Below are positions 54,601-63,116 of a DNA stretch of 64,000 nt, piece by piece; within the stretch, counting starts at the first letter, position 1, and each line of letters begins with the position of its first letter. The stretch comes from a virus (Duplodnaviria > Caudoviricetes). Position numbers and translations under genes: made by a program. Location of the stretch: the IMG/VR virus record IMGVR_UViG_3300015245_000006, positions 648-64,647 of that record; one strand, given 5' to 3'. The notes beneath the pieces were generated by a model. It was not told the origin of the DNA, did not search any database, and saw nothing but the letters and a program-made list of their open reading frames with translations.

Positions 54601-57600
54601 AGCCAATTACGGCGAATCGGAGCGCTCCGTCGAAATCGAATATCCGGAAAGCCCGCTGGAGGTGCGCGCCGCGGCTGGGCGCCTGATGGTGGACGAGGGC
54701 ATGGACGTGCACGACGCGGTCGAGCGTGCCTCGGTGCAGCTTGCCAACGAGGATGAGCACTACCGCGAGACACCAGACCAAATCATTGATACATTCGGGC
54801 CCGAGGCAGACCATGTTATTCACCGCGCAACAGCACATGAAGATGGCGAAGAGACTGCACGCGCGGTCGAAGCAGGAGCGCGACCCGGTGGCGGCGAAGA
54901 AGCAGAAGGGCTTGGCGCACACGTTCCGGAGACTGGCGCAGCAGGCGGCGAAGAAGCAACCGCCGAAGTAAAACCCACCGTCGAGAAAGGCGCCGACAAC
55001 AAGCCGCAGCTTGTTATATCTGGCGCCGAGAAGATCGGCCAGGGCGCGCAGGCCAAGCGCGCGGCTGCCGCAGCGCTCAAGCCAAAAGTCACACAAAAGG
55101 CCATGGACGTTGGCCTGTTCGGCGACGAGAAGGACCAGGCTGACCTCCTCGACACCATCCGCGCATCGGAGCGCAAGATCGAGAAGGCGCTCGGCAAGGA
55201 TGCCGACAAAGTGGCGCCGGTCGATATCGCTCGCGCCGCCGAAATCATGGCCGAGCACGAAGGCATGGAGCCGGCCACGGCCTTCGGCCAGGCTGTGATC
55301 GAGAATGCGGTCGATCATGACTTCATCACGCCGCAGCAAGCCGAGGAAGCCTATGGCGAAAAAGTCAAAAACATATTGGACGCCGGACGGCAAGGGGCAT
55401 CTGGCGGCGGGACACCTGTTGAGCAAGAACGCGCCGCACCTGGGGAAGAGCGCACCGGTAGTGCAGCGGAAAATGGCGAGCTTCCGGGCGGCGGCGAAGC
55501 TGGCGAAGCAGGCGAGTCCGAACCTGCCCGTGCCGAAGGTGCAGGCCTACCCGAGCCTGCCGGGCCTGAAGCCACCGAGCCAGGAGCCACCGGCGGGGCT
55601 GAAGCCGCTGGGGACGAAGCCGGCAACGCCGCTGAACAAGAGCCTGCCGCCAGCCCTACCGACTACGCCGGCCTGACACCGCTCGATCGCTATAAGGCGG
55701 TCGCAAAGCGCATCGTCGCGGGCGATATCGGCGCCGACGAATTGAAATCGGAGTTCGCGCGCGTCCTGCATAGCGGCGATTACATCAAGGCCGAATTGAA
55801 CAGCCGCACGATCAAGCAACTGGCGCCGCGTGGCGCTGGCAGCATGAGCAAGAAGGAGATTGTCGACAGGATCTACTCGAACATGCTCCAGCGCTTCAAC
55901 GTGCATGGAAGCGTGACGTGGCAGCCGATGGGCCAGGAAACCTTTGAGGGCGCGCTCGCCAATCGAATTGAGAACACCACCGACGCCGATATCCAAGAGG
56001 CGACCGCCAAGCGCCAGGCCGAAAAGGCTGAATGGGAACAGACTTACGGCGATCCGCAGAGCCTCTATCAGTTCGAAGCCTTCATCCGCGCCAAGGGATT
56101 CGGCAAGCTCACGCCGGAGCAGCGCGTTCGCTACGATGAACTGAGGGCCGAAGAGAATCGCCGCGAGCTCGAGAAGGCAAAGGCCGAGCGCAAGAGCGAT
56201 GTCCGCAAGGTCGATACCGAAGTCGGGATGGAACTCGTTGAGACCAAGCACACGCAGAAAGGCCACGACCTGTTCGTGGTCAAGATGGCCGATCGCGTTG
56301 AGGCTGAAACTTACAAGGAACTGAATAGCGCGGCGAAGCGCCTGGGCGGCTACTGGTCGAGCTATACCAAAGGTGGAGCGGTCCCGGGCTTCCAGTTCAA
56401 GACCAAGGATGCCGCCGAGAAGTTTATGGCGGTACGCTACGGCGACGTCAGCCGCAAGGATCTCGTCCAGCACAAGGAAGAGAAGCGGCTTGAAGGCGCG
56501 GTGGACAATCTGCGCGACCAAGCCGAGCGCATGACGGTCGCGGCTGATGAGAAGCTCGGCGCCGATCGGCTGGTGAACACCGCGCGACGGGCCAACATAG
56601 CGGCCGGCGCTGAGGCGAAAGCGAATGCCGATAAGGCGCTCGCGACCAGCATGCGCAACATCGCCGATGCAATCGAGGCTGGCGAGGCGACACATCTGGG
56701 CTGGTTGCGTACGCGCGCCGATGTCGAGATGCTGGATCGGATCACACGCGGTACCAGACGCGATTGGGTCGAGGCGCAAAAGCCGGCAGACTACGGCGAG
56801 CGGCAAAAGCTGGAAGAGAAGCCCATCAGCCAGGAGATGATCGACGCGGCGCATTACCCATATCCCTACGCGCACCGCGAGGAAGTTGTTAAGCTGGCGC
56901 AGGCGGTATCAAAAACTCCCGGTGCCAAGATGGCCGCAGCGCGCCTGATGAAGGAAGCGCGACTTGCCGAGTCGAAGAAGCAATGGCGCGTCGAAGCCAC
57001 ACACCTTGGCACCTTGGACGATTTCAAGACGGTCGGAGAAGCCGCAGCGAAACTTCCAGGCGCCAAGTATGGCGCAAACACCATGCTGGAGTCGTTCAAC
57101 GATTTTAACCGGCTGCGGCGCCTTGGCATCAACGATCTGCCCTCACTGCGCGCGGCCCTGCGTGAGTTCCTGAAATTCCGCGGGAGTGCCGCGAAGGCCG
57201 ATCCGATCAAGGCTGCGGAGCGCGCTCTGGTCGGGCGCAAGATCCCCGGATATTTCCCCACCCCGGATGCTCTGGTCGATCGGATGATTGAGGCGGCCGA
57301 TATCCAACCAGGCATGAGCGTGCTGGAGCCGTCGGCCGGCAAGGGCAACATTGCGGACAAACTCGCGCTCGCGGCTGATCCGGGCGCTTTGTCCGTGATC
57401 GAACCTGTGCCTGATCTGCGCTCGATCCTGAAGGCCAAGGGCCACGACATCGTCGATAGCGATTTCCTGGATCACAAGGAGCGCGGCTTCACCTATGGCG
57501 ACGTCTACCGCGCGCCAGACGGCACGCTTGGTGTCATGCACGGAAGCAACGGCATCGGCGGCAATCGTGTTGGGTTCGAGAGGCTGGACGCCAATGGCGA

Positions 57601-60600
57601 GCCATTCAAGGGAAGCCGCAGCTACTATGATCGCGGCGAATTAGAGCCGGTCGAGAAGCGCGGCTACAACAGCGGCTACGACCGCATCGTGATGAACCCG
57701 CCATTCGAGGATCGGCAGGACGTCGCGCATGTCCAGCACGCTTATGAGATGCTGAAGCCTGGCGGGCGCCTCGTTGCCATCATGTCGGAGGGGCCGTTCT
57801 TCGGGTCCGACAAGCGCGCGAAGGACTTCCGGGATTGGCTGGAGAGCGTCGGCGGCACGAGCGAGAAGAACCCGGAGGGCTCATTCGAAACCAGCGAGCG
57901 CTCCACCGGGGTCAACACCCGTATGGTAGTGATCAACAAACCGGCCGGCGGCTTTTCGGAGATGATAGCGCCGATGCTTGGTGCCAAAGCACAACAATTC
58001 ACGCTCGAACGTGGCCGCGCAACAGGCAATGAACATCTTGTGCTGTATGACAGCGAAGGCAATCTGGTTGCTCAAATCGAAGGTACCAAAAGCGGGTTGC
58101 GGTTCACGCCGGAAATCGAGCGCATGATTCGTGATCCGGATAACGACATTGTTGCTCATCATAATCATCCGATGAATCGTAGTTTCAGCGCAACCGACAT
58201 TGGTTGTCTGGCTGCGCCTGGACTTCGAACCGTGTGGGCACATGGTCACGGTGGCGCCATCTACCGAGTCAACCTGACACCTGAGGCGCGTCGGGCGCTT
58301 CCGATCGACATCAATCAGGCCGCCGGTTCGCTGGCAAAATATTGGTATGCGGCCGAAGGCGGACTGAAAGCATTTATCGACCCGCATTACAAGGCATCCG
58401 GGAAAGACCCGGAGTTTGCGGCAAACTTCGAAGTGGCATGGGCACATCTCATCAACGAGATCATGCGTGAGGCAGGGATCACGGAGTATCAGACCAACTT
58501 CGAAACCGACCCTTCTATTACAGGTCTCCCGAAACTATCTCAGGCCATGGCATATGTGGCCGACACCTTTAGAAAGGGCTTGTTCGGTGACGAAGGACCC
58601 CCGGCCGCTGGGCGGCTTGATCGACGACCCGACTCCATTCGACACCCTGGAAACATGGGAGTCTCATTTGATCGATCTGAAGTCGCAACCCCCGTCAACC
58701 CTGGGCAACGAGGCGCTTCACCACGCGGCAAAAATGATCTCCGAGAAGAAGAAAAAGGACTGAGTCCGGCGCCGACGGAACCGCCCGATCGCAGCGTCAC
58801 CCTTGGCGCCTGGGGCGATCCATCCAAGGTGATCCGCGAGTTCAAGCGCTTCTGGATGTCGACCTTCCAACCCGAACTGGTGAGCGATCGCGCGCTGATG
58901 GCAGATCCGCTGTTCGCGCGCTACAAGTCCGCCAGCGCGCAGGAAAAGGATGCGCTGGTTCGGCAGAGCGAAAAGGAGTGGAATTACTGGAACAAGCGCG
59001 GCGATGCAGAGCGCATTCGCTTTATCGACGACGTCGAGACACGCGTGTTCGGCAATGTCCCAGCCGATCCGGTGCAAGCCGCGATGGCGCGGCGGTATCG
59101 CGCCATGCTTGATGCCAATTGGGCTTTGGAGAAGCGTTATGGTTCGCAGGCGGCGTTTGTCGAAGACTACTTCCCGCACATCTGGGAAAGGCCGGACGAT
59201 TGGCGCGCCTTTGCCGAGGCTCGCAGCGCCCAGATGGGACCAACCTGGTTCCAGAAAAAGCGCACCATCGACTACATTACCGACGGCTTGGCCGCTGGCC
59301 TTAAGCTCAAATATACGAACCCTGTCGACATCGTGGTGCACCGTCTCCTTTCCGGAGTCGATATGCGTCAGCGTATGGAATTGCTCTACCAGCTCAAGAA
59401 AGAAGGGCTTGCTTGGGAGGGGGCTCACGGCGGGGCTCCCTTGGTAGAGCGCGGCTGGCGCGCCATCAATGCGCCGGACCGCAAGCAGTGGGTTATCCAT
59501 CCGGATGTGCAACCACTTTGGAAGAACGCCGTCGAGGCCAAGGGGCTGTGGCAGGACGAAAGCCTCGGCGGCTCGATATTCCGCGGCTGGATGAGCTTCA
59601 AGAACGCCTGGGTCCCGGTGAAGCTCGCGATGAGCGCGTTCCATCCGCTGCACGTCCTGCACATCAACTACTCCAACGGCATGGGCCAGGGCTGGGATAA
59701 CTTGGTCAAGGGCAAGGACCCGGTCGGCGCGCTGAAGGCGGTCGCCAAGGGCTTCATGGGTCCGATGATCGCGGCGCCTGGAGCCACGATCGGGGCTGTG
59801 GCAGGTACGGCTCTGGGTTCTACCATGGGTATGCCGGGCTGGGGTGGCCTGCTTGGCTCGATCGCGGGCTCGGCAGCCTTTGCGGGCGCCAAGCGCGCCG
59901 GCCTGGTGAGTGCGCCAGCCACCCGCGAGGCGCTCGCCAGGAGCGCCTGGAGCACGCGGCCGAACAGCGCTGGCTGGAATAGGCTGACACCCGCACAGCG
60001 CGCCGACGTGGCCCTAATGACCGATGGTGGCTTCTCGCCGCAACTGTCCGAGCAATTGAAGATCGGCGCCAAGCGGCAGCTCGCGGTGGCGTTCCAGAAG
60101 ACCCTGCGCGGCGAGGCCAAGCCCGGCGACTGGCGCAAGATGGTGGCGGCCTCGATGCGGCGCGGCATCGAGGTGTTGCAGGCGCCCATCTTTGAGCGCT
60201 GGATTCCCGAGCTGAAGACCTCGGCGTATCTCCAGGCCGCCTCGGCGCTGTTGAAGCGCCAGCCGCAACTCTTGACCGAGCATGCCGACCGGCGCCTGGC
60301 GCTGCGCGCAATCGCCAAGTCGATCGACAACCGCTTCGGCGAGATGTTCTATGGCACCCTGTTCTGGAACCGATACCTGAAAGACGCCGCAATCGGTTCG
60401 TTCTTGTCGCTCGGCTGGAATCTCGGCTTCGTGCGTGAGTTCGGGGGTGCCGCGATGGAGACGGTGTCGCGCCCGGCCGGGCTTATTCCTGGTCTTAAGC
60501 CAGGCGCACCGCGCAAGCAGATCAGGAGTGCGACGAACAAGATTCCGTTCGTGATCGCCTACGTGGCTTCGGCAGCGCTAATCAACGCCATCATGACCAA

Positions 60601-61489
60601 GCTGTTCTCCGGGGAAAATCCGGAGGGGCTCGACTTCATCTTTGCGCGGATTGGTGGCGAAAACCCCGATGGCTCGGCTCGGCGCGTGACGAACATGTTC
60701 TACCTGCGCGAGGTGCCGATGCTGATGAAGCATGTGCAGGAGCGCGGCGGCAACTTCATGTCCGGAGCCGGCGAGATGGTTTGGAACAAGATGATGTTCG
60801 GGCCCTTCCACGAGCTTCTCAACAACCGCAACTACTACGGCTACAACATCTGGGACGAGAACGCGCCGCTCTATAAGCAGATCTGGCAGGCGATGCGCCA
60901 CGGGCTCTTCGGCGAAAGCAGCCCGATGACCTTCTCTGGTGCGGGACAAGCCGCGCGTTTGTCCGGAAAAGAGTTCCCGAGCGCGAAAGAGGCGATCGAG
61001 CACCCGGACCGGATGATGGACGCCTTGCGCGCGAAAGGTGTGGATATGAGCTTCCTTGGCTTCGGACCGGCTCCCAGCTATGTGGAGAAGTCTGCAATCC
61101 AGAATAGAATCGGTTACCTCTACCGCGAGCACGTGGCGCCGGTGTCCAAGCCACAAGCCGAGGACGAAAACTCAAAGGAGAAGATGGCGGTTCGCACCGC
61201 CATCATGATCGGGAAAAGAGACAAGGACGCCGACATGATCAACCTCGCTCGCGAGCGGGGTCGAGCGATCGGGCTCACGCCAAAGTACATGGCGAATATC
61301 GGTAAGACGCCAACGGATGTGTATCTGTTCTCGCGGCTGCCGGATGAAGACCAGCGCTCGCTTTTGCGCAACGCTTCGGAGGAGGAGCAAAGTCGTTACT
61401 TCAGGCACGCGCACCTGAAGGTCAGGCAGGAGATCAACCGCGCCCGCTACGCGCCACAACCGCCAGCAGCGCAACAACAGGGACTTTGA
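51638..61489 (+). CDS. giant polyvalent internal virion protein (InPase-like, N6-adenine MTase, JAB/MPN-like and structural domains; DarB-like)
   Basis: 3283 aa; YGRIKGT...FDEHK (InPase-like); FPTP, VLEPSAGKG, NPPF (MTase); E..HNHP...S.TD (JAB). Confidence 0.85.
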   Translation: MAFSDAMIGSNDFDPQAATEDLIRRLSDEPLPDTLDPKMLNTRLARKLGAEPPKEVKAPKAPELDFSAQAIPASNTEPGNVLDFTSQVQPTPVAAAAPGTSVTDKLQSVHENIDPATAAKGFAKGAMQGTGGVMKGAARLQSQAQPYLNSLEYDPMGNVIGQKPVQPPTPIEQNPVYRAGKAVEGAAPGMTPAEESSLTGQVGTMAGGIAPYAAATLVGGPALGIAAGFTGMAADTYGKVYEEAIDKGADEATAQKAASRSALVAGALGSLPLGAGKLAKGLIAKAGTSAAAFAGLGEAQHWALEEIAKSYDPERGYSLEAKRLIAELILGAGMGGLHYAQTDHVNINTSSGPTPTAGLPPPAGGSPQGGAGYGPGGRPNPGAGAWPGDTGSWSQPPPGGGPQPGPGPQPGPQSNAGAAGGAHQQQGPQPPPGGPGGTQSGPRPNAGGGGPGSQQQAKPPPGAGAGKGPEFTMDARMRAKMEKVFRMYEPGADVSGMSDSDLFNAVNEHLRDTSKTGYTAKPETEQEAAAREATAKRRDEDEILRKAGWTDAHINAMSEEQRASYMARAQGAKPEAAQSRKDRTDRKDSEQAAEPKVEEPVAAASGENQNAPKNEQLDIHQGTREAPIVPKTADEVVKAQAAEPTPAQASAENYQHAHVELPQFGLTGDRSVSIETGVGQTRKGIGEDGKPWEVQMQGGAYGRIKGTKAADFKHDADGNQILDKDGNPVRQNLDIKIGPNPTSPYIFIVDQHDPKTGKFDEHKILAGYRTPLDALHGHALDYGDHAEGRIGHVTAMGPEEFKAWLKTDTTKPLKPETAPPTSMRPEAVEAGARTPLTEAPGEGANSEVPKVEPKGTAKPKTTTTGLGSEQPLSLLQFIASKGGIKAHPELAAIGLTGVHRIVVPGRKGFAATVSPKGMHLDKMREAAQEAGYLHGEGEKTSTIRDLLDAIDTELRGQKKHAAGEEGTKTKAEATLAAEREAHEQERHEANYGESERSVEIEYPESPLEVRAAAGRLMVDEGMDVHDAVERASVQLANEDEHYRETPDQIIDTFGPEADHVIHRATAHEDGEETARAVEAGARPGGGEEAEGLGAHVPETGAAGGEEATAEVKPTVEKGADNKPQLVISGAEKIGQGAQAKRAAAAALKPKVTQKAMDVGLFGDEKDQADLLDTIRASERKIEKALGKDADKVAPVDIARAAEIMAEHEGMEPATAFGQAVIENAVDHDFITPQQAEEAYGEKVKNILDAGRQGASGGGTPVEQERAAPGEERTGSAAENGELPGGGEAGEAGESEPARAEGAGLPEPAGPEATEPGATGGAEAAGDEAGNAAEQEPAASPTDYAGLTPLDRYKAVAKRIVAGDIGADELKSEFARVLHSGDYIKAELNSRTIKQLAPRGAGSMSKKEIVDRIYSNMLQRFNVHGSVTWQPMGQETFEGALANRIENTTDADIQEATAKRQAEKAEWEQTYGDPQSLYQFEAFIRAKGFGKLTPEQRVRYDELRAEENRRELEKAKAERKSDVRKVDTEVGMELVETKHTQKGHDLFVVKMADRVEAETYKELNSAAKRLGGYWSSYTKGGAVPGFQFKTKDAAEKFMAVRYGDVSRKDLVQHKEEKRLEGAVDNLRDQAERMTVAADEKLGADRLVNTARRANIAAGAEAKANADKALATSMRNIADAIEAGEATHLGWLRTRADVEMLDRITRGTRRDWVEAQKPADYGERQKLEEKPISQEMIDAAHYPYPYAHREEVVKLAQAVSKTPGAKMAAARLMKEARLAESKKQWRVEATHLGTLDDFKTVGEAAAKLPGAKYGANTMLESFNDFNRLRRLGINDLPSLRAALREFLKFRGSAAKADPIKAAERALVGRKIPGYFPTPDALVDRMIEAADIQPGMSVLEPSAGKGNIADKLALAADPGALSVIEPVPDLRSILKAKGHDIVDSDFLDHKERGFTYGDVYRAPDGTLGVMHGSNGIGGNRVGFERLDANGEPFKGSRSYYDRGELEPVEKRGYNSGYDRIVMNPPFEDRQDVAHVQHAYEMLKPGGRLVAIMSEGPFFGSDKRAKDFRDWLESVGGTSEKNPEGSFETSERSTGVNTRMVVINKPAGGFSEMIAPMLGAKAQQFTLERGRATGNEHLVLYDSEGNLVAQIEGTKSGLRFTPEIERMIRDPDNDIVAHHNHPMNRSFSATDIGCLAAPGLRTVWAHGHGGAIYRVNLTPEARRALPIDINQAAGSLAKYWYAAEGGLKAFIDPHYKASGKDPEFAANFEVAWAHLINEIMREAGITEYQTNFETDPSITGLPKLSQAMAYVADTFRKGLFGDEGPPAAGRLDRRPDSIRHPGNMGVSFDRSEVATPVNPGQRGASPRGKNDLREEEKGLSPAPTEPPDRSVTLGAWGDPSKVIREFKRFWMSTFQPELVSDRALMADPLFARYKSASAQEKDALVRQSEKEWNYWNKRGDAERIRFIDDVETRVFGNVPADPVQAAMARRYRAMLDANWALEKRYGSQAAFVEDYFPHIWERPDDWRAFAEARSAQMGPTWFQKKRTIDYITDGLAAGLKLKYTNPVDIVVHRLLSGVDMRQRMELLYQLKKEGLAWEGAHGGAPLVERGWRAINAPDRKQWVIHPDVQPLWKNAVEAKGLWQDESLGGSIFRGWMSFKNAWVPVKLAMSAFHPLHVLHINYSNGMGQGWDNLVKGKDPVGALKAVAKGFMGPMIAAPGATIGAVAGTALGSTMGMPGWGGLLGSIAGSAAFAGAKRAGLVSAPATREALARSAWSTRPNSAGWNRLTPAQRADVALMTDGGFSPQLSEQLKIGAKRQLAVAFQKTLRGEAKPGDWRKMVAASMRRGIEVLQAPIFERWIPELKTSAYLQAASALLKRQPQLLTEHADRRLALRAIAKSIDNRFGEMFYGTLFWNRYLKDAAIGSFLSLGWNLGFVREFGGAAMETVSRPAGLIPGLKPGAPRKQIRSATNKIPFVIAYVASAALINAIMTKLFSGENPEGLDFIFARIGGENPDGSARRVTNMFYLREVPMLMKHVQERGGNFMSGAGEMVWNKMMFGPFHELLNNRNYYGYNIWDENAPLYKQIWQAMRHGLFGESSPMTFSGAGQAARLSGKEFPSAKEAIEHPDRMMDALRAKGVDMSFLGFGPAPSYVEKSAIQNRIGYLYREHVAPVSKPQAEDENSKEKMAVRTAIMIGKRDKDADMINLARERGRAIGLTPKYMANIGKTPTDVYLFSRLPDEDQRSLLRNASEEEQSRYFRHAHLKVRQEINRARYAPQPPAAQQQGL
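54813..54971 (+). CDS. nested +1-frame gene N1 (52 aa, basic helical)
   Basis: CCGAGG-N6-ATG; MLFTAQQHMKMAKRLHARSKQERDPVAAKKQKGLAHTFRRLAQQAAKKQPPK. Confidence 0.65.
   Translation: MLFTAQQHMKMAKRLHARSKQERDPVAAKKQKGLAHTFRRLAQQAAKKQPPK
55353..55676 (+). CDS. nested +1-frame gene N2 (107 aa, basic, Pro-rich tail)
   Basis: CCGAGG-N6-ATG; MAKKSKTYWTPDGKGHLAAGHLL...FRAAAKLAK. Confidence 0.65.
   Translation: MAKKSKTYWTPDGKGHLAAGHLLSKNAPHLGKSAPVVQRKMASFRAAAKLAKQASPNLPVPKVQAYPSLPGLKPPSQEPPAGLKPLGTKPATPLNKSLPPALPTTPA
58587..58763 (+). CDS. nested +1-frame gene N3 (58 aa)
   Basis: AGAAAGGG-N8-GTG; ...LIDDPTPFDTLETWESHLIDLKSQPPSTLGNEALHHAAKMISEKKKKD. Confidence 0.65.
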   Translation: MTKDPRPLGGLIDDPTPFDTLETWESHLIDLKSQPPSTLGNEALHHAAKMISEKKKKD

Positions 61490-62532
61490 TTCCCATGAAG
61501 CTCGATCCGACTATCGTTCGGCGGTTGTGGCCCCGTGCTCCCCAGAAGAAAATCGATGCGATGTGCGCAGTCTCGGAGGAAGTGTTTGCGGAGCATGACA
61601 TCGATGACGTGCATGTCGTGATTCAGTTGATGGCGAATATCAGCCACGAGAATGGAGCCGGCACCATCGTCCGGGAAAGCGGCAACTATCGCGCCGAACG
61701 AATCGTTGAAATCTTCGGAGCCGGAAAGTCATCCGCCAAGGTCACGCCGGAGGAAGCCGTAAAGCTTGCGCACAACGGGCCAGCGCTGTTCGACCGGGTC
61801 TATAACCTGCCTGGCTCGCCCAAGCTTGCGCACGAGCTTGGCAACCACGAGCCTGGCGATGGCAATAAATACCGTGGCGGTGGCGATCTTCAACTCACCG
61901 GCCGCGCCAACTATGAACGGATCGGCAAGATGACCGGCCATCCGGAGATCGTGACCGATCCAAATCTCCTGGTCGATCCTGTCGTCAGCTTTCGTGTTGC
62001 GGTCGCGGAGTTCGTAGCGCTTGGTTGTATCGCACCTGCTTCACGCATGCAGACCACGCGCGTTCGCCGGCTGGTGAATGGCGGCACGAATGGCCTTGCC
62101 GAGGTGACGGTTTGGGTCGGTCACTGGTCGGAAGAGATGCCGGACGTCGAGACGCCGCCGGTGGCGCCGCGCGGTGCGGACACGGACAACAAGAGTCTGA
62201 TGGGCTCCCGGATCATGAAGGGTGTTGTCTCGACCGCGGCCACCACCGCAGTTGCGACCGCTTCGAAGGTTGCCGAGAACGCCAACACCACGAGCCAAAC
62301 GGTCGATGTGTCTTCGGTGCAGGATCACATCCAGAAGGCCAACGACACCATCACCACGATCCAGACCACGGTGGACTCCGGCAAGGTGCTCGTGCAAACG
62401 GTCAAGCCGTTTCTCGGTCTGCCGCCGAACCTTTGGGCCACCATCGCGATTGTCGCATCGATCATTGCGATTGCGACGCTGACCTATACCGGCTGGCAGC
62501 GCTGGGTGAAGCTCCGGGACGAGGGCGTGTGA
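61486..62532 (+). CDS. GH19 (chitinase-like) endolysin with C-terminal TM segment
   Basis: HENGAG, GDGNKYRGGGDLQLTGRANY, VNGGTNGL; alternative start 61495. Confidence 0.85.
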   Translation: MIPMKLDPTIVRRLWPRAPQKKIDAMCAVSEEVFAEHDIDDVHVVIQLMANISHENGAGTIVRESGNYRAERIVEIFGAGKSSAKVTPEEAVKLAHNGPALFDRVYNLPGSPKLAHELGNHEPGDGNKYRGGGDLQLTGRANYERIGKMTGHPEIVTDPNLLVDPVVSFRVAVAEFVALGCIAPASRMQTTRVRRLVNGGTNGLAEVTVWVGHWSEEMPDVETPPVAPRGADTDNKSLMGSRIMKGVVSTAATTAVATASKVAENANTTSQTVDVSSVQDHIQKANDTITTIQTTVDSGKVLVQTVKPFLGLPPNLWATIAIVASIIAIATLTYTGWQRWVKLRDEGV

Positions 62533-63116
62533 TGTTCAACGGCGATCTGATCTGGGGCGTCTCGTGGATCTGGTATCTGATCGGTGTCCTCGGCGTCGGC
62601 GGTACGATCGCGTTTTTCGTGCTCGATGCCGTGGCGGCTGCGGCCTTCTTCAAGGGCATCATCAAGTTCCTTTGGAGCACGCGGATCGGCTGGGCATTGG
62701 TTGCCGGCAGCTTGTGCTTCTTCATTGCCGACACGACGCGGTCGCGCCGTGATGAAGCCGCGTTCGCCGCGCGCACTGCAGCGTTCGAGGAGAAGCAGAA
62801 GCAACGCGATGAACAAATCGCGCAGGATACCCGCACCGCGGTCTTGCAAGAGTTGGCTCAGACCAAGATCGAGGACACTGAAACCGACAAAGACGTGAAG
62901 GAGTTCCACGATGTGCCGCCGGTCCCTGGGTTGGCTAATCCTTTCCGGGTTGGTCCTGATGCTGACCGGCTGCGCGTCATCGCCGGGGCACCTGACCGTG
63001 GATCTAAAGGCGCTCAAGGAGTGCCAAAGGCTCGGAAACCAAGCGTCACTGCCGGACATCACGGAGGATTCCGATTACCGAAACTTATCCGCCGCAGCCC
63101 TGGGCCAACTGAATAA
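62532..63116 (+). CDS. i-spanin (Rz-like)
   Basis: N-terminal TM segments then coiled coil; overlapped by lipoprotein gene. Confidence 0.7.
   Translation: MFNGDLIWGVSWIWYLIGVLGVGGTIAFFVLDAVAAAAFFKGIIKFLWSTRIGWALVAGSLCFFIADTTRSRRDEAAFAARTAAFEEKQKQRDEQIAQDTRTAVLQELAQTKIEDTETDKDVKEFHDVPPVPGLANPFRVGPDADRLRVIAGAPDRGSKGAQGVPKARKPSVTAGHHGGFRLPKLIRRSPGPTE

Noticed and set aside
57470-57676. Intein in the MTase domain
   Set aside because: No C/S start or HN-C/S/T end motifs, and very short.
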